Assembly (NCBI RefSeq): GCF_024521635.1
Contig: NW_026250423.1
Coordinates: 62,001-126,000 of the forward strand
Length of the DNA stretch: 64,000 nucleotides
From: Tricharina praecox
Taxonomy: Eukaryota
Direction of reading: 5' to 3'
Position numbers and translations under genes: made by a program
The notes under the pieces: model-generated
What the model was told of the DNA's origin: nothing
Seen by the model: the letters and a program-made list of their open reading frames with translations, nothing else
Database searches by the model: none
Shown here: positions 62,056 through 64,000 of the stretch, piece by piece
Layout of the letters: every line of letters begins with the position of its first letter
Numbering within the stretch: position 1 is the stretch's first letter

Positions 62056-63685
62056 GGAGTTCGTGCTTTTTCCTTTAGACTAATCCCCCAACGGTGGTTA
62101 ATTTCTTTTCTATTTTCTTTATTTTTGCTTCTCTCTCGCGACGCATCCTAAACGGCTGCGTGTGGTTGATTTGGTCCACAGGCGGATTGGCAAGAACACA
62201 ATCCGTTTCCTGCCCCTCCAAGCTGCCGGAGCGGCTGACCCGACAAGGCTCCCTCATTCCCCACTGTCCACTGTCAGAGCAGAAGTGACAGACACCGCTT
62301 CTCGCCATGGACTGCACAGTGCACGCGGGTAATGGGCGGCGAAGCAAGCGGACAAGCGGACAAGCGGACAAGCGAGCATGCGCTCCCTTTTTGATGATCA
62401 GCTAGTAACTGCTGCACGGTGGATGTTCGTTACGTCCAAGGTGGGCTACGAAGGAAGCCGCTGCTGCTGGCTTCATATTTCTTCTGCCCTAAGCGTAATA
62501 AGTAATTCCTGCTGAGGGAGGAGATCATTACTCCGTCATGGTAGCCTTCTAGAAAGTTTTGTGCAATCTATGGGAAGATCTGCATCAGGAAAAAAGAGAG
62601 TGCACGCCCGATACAACCGGGTGTCCGAGGTGTTTGACAGGCCTCGGACAGTAACTCCCTCTACCGTACGAGGCTAGTCGAGGGGTTTTGCTTGAACGCA
62701 GCATGGCAGGCTGTTTGGTGTTCCCCACGGAGCGCTTGACTCTTTAAGCGCGATTTAACGCCCAGCGGCAGTATAAAACGTAGCACTCCCAGCGTGCCTC
62801 TTTACAGGCACTAGACGGTAACGCCTCTATCCGGACGTGACGGTCGAGGCACTCGACAAGTTTGAACGTAGCAAGCGGGGCGTTTGGGGTTCCACGCTGG
62901 GTCTTCGAATCTTCAGATACAGTATAACTCCTTGCCCTCTTCATCGGTTGAAGGGATGAACATTCACTGATCCAAACATATATTGCGTCTAGCCTTCGAG
63001 GCGCAATACATCTTCTCAACCTGAGGTTCCATTTTTTCTATCTAATCAATCCTACATATTTAAAGCGAGTCTGACGCGATACACCCGGCTAGCAGCCAGC
63101 AAAAAATGCGAGGGGAAGAAGGTGTTGTATCCACGGCGAGGAAATTGTGGTATCCGCGGGGGGACAGGCTAAATACTGTAGGAAGGCATATGAGGATGAT
63201 ACATAGCGGCTGTAGTTGGAAGATCAGAGGCTATCCGACAGCGAAGGACACCGAGGAAAGCGTGCTATCCACGGCGAAGAGAGTGTGGTATCTGCGGCGA
63301 GAAAGGGCTGATAGTACTACAGAGCGGCTTAGGGGGAGAATACGGCAGTCATATGAGGTCCGGACGGCGCGAGCGGTATAGCCGCTCGGTGAGGTTTAAT
63401 AGCCCCATGAGGTTATTACTAGTCCTGCCCTCACCATCTGCGATTGAATCTCGTCAGCCTCTGACAGGTATTGAAGCTTATCCTCAAGCCTGGATCACCA
63501 ACACCTATAAATCCCCACGTCCACCCACTTCTCTTCTTCTTCTCCTCTTCTCTTCATCACACACACCGCACATTCACTCAACTCTCTGCGTAAACCAAAA
63601 CGCAAAATTTGAATATCCAAAGTAGATCCATCTTATCACACACACTCACTCGCAATAATGTATGCTGACATGATATCTACTAAAG

Positions 63686-64000
63686 ATGTCCGGACACAAT
63701 CACAACCTGCAGAAGCGCGCCACCAAGGCCGCTACCACCGTCAAGCCTGCCCGCAACTCCCCCAAGGTGAGCATGACCCGCACTCCTATCGCACTGCATC
63801 TGACACGGCGCTCGTAGATCCCCAAGGCCGCGAGCGGCATTTCCAAGTCCGCCCGCGCCAAGAAGTACATATACGCCCTCAAGCCCACCACCATGGCTCG
63901 GCTCGCGGACATCGAGTTCGACGAGCACACCACGCTGGTGGAGGGTGCGCGTTTCTACCTCCAGCCTGGAGGTAGGAAGCGCGCCCCCAGCGGCGTGGTG
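63686..64000 (+). CDS. EGARF-family copy C (truncated by the window end); exons 63686-63766, 63818->64000
   Basis: MSGHNHNLQKRATKAATTVKPARNSPK/IPKAASGISKSARAKKYIYALKPTTMARLADIEFDEHTTLVEGARFYLQPGGRKRAPSGVV. The GTGAGC..TAG phase-0 intron is at the same position as in copies A and B. Confidence 0.8.

Larger units (their letters stand above)
58225..64000 (+). repeat. Tandem array of an approximately 1.2 kb gene-containing unit (at least 3 copies, continuing past the window), interrupted by unrelated inserts
   Basis: The non-coding block ACACCGCTTC..ATGGACTGCACAGTGCA..GGAGGAGAT.TTTACTCCGT.ATGGTAGCCT..AAGATC starts at about 58225, 59446 and 62291. The promoter block TGAATC..GCCTC..TTGAAG..CCTATAAA..TCTTCATCACAC..TTTGAATATCC starts at about 58517, 60913 and 63445. 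Each promoter block is followed by a homologous two-exon gene. Confidence 0.95.

Noticed and set aside
63106..63381. 91-aa ORF with an internal repeat (STA[RK]..WY.R)
   Set aside because: Arises from a degenerate internal duplication in an insert and runs into the non-coding repeat block; no coding evidence.

Overview
Eukaryotic, intron-rich fungal DNA (filamentous ascomycete; GT..CTRAC..YAG introns of about 50-230 nt). The first 17.5 kb is gene-dense housekeeping: the 3' end of an unknown gene, thioredoxin, an OTU deubiquitinase, D-amino-acid oxidase, TFIIA gamma, Arb1 (Argonaute chaperone), inositol polyphosphate multikinase, a zeta-crystallin-type quinone oxidoreductase and a Pmp3/Sna membrane protein. 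A Ras GTPase (23.5-24.4 kb) follows about 6 kb of non-coding DNA. From 29.6 to 58.2 kb there is a microsatellite-rich gene desert with a single gene, encoding three Cys/His zinc-ribbon-like repeats. Two observations stand out. (1) An unrecognised small-protein family shares a basic NLR[KP]-type N-tail, a conserved KP..EGARF..TVPxG domain, an acidic tail and an intron just before the ATG. It occurs as a tandem array of an approximately 1.2 kb unit at 58.2-64 kb, interrupted by foreign fragments and with one copy ending in a CaaX box, plus a divergent member and a pseudogene at 27.8-29.4 kb. (2) The 9-mer GTAGAGTAC/GTACTCTAC occurs at least 24 times, only in non-coding DNA. All gene models were derived by hand from splice signals and protein motifs; no searches were run.
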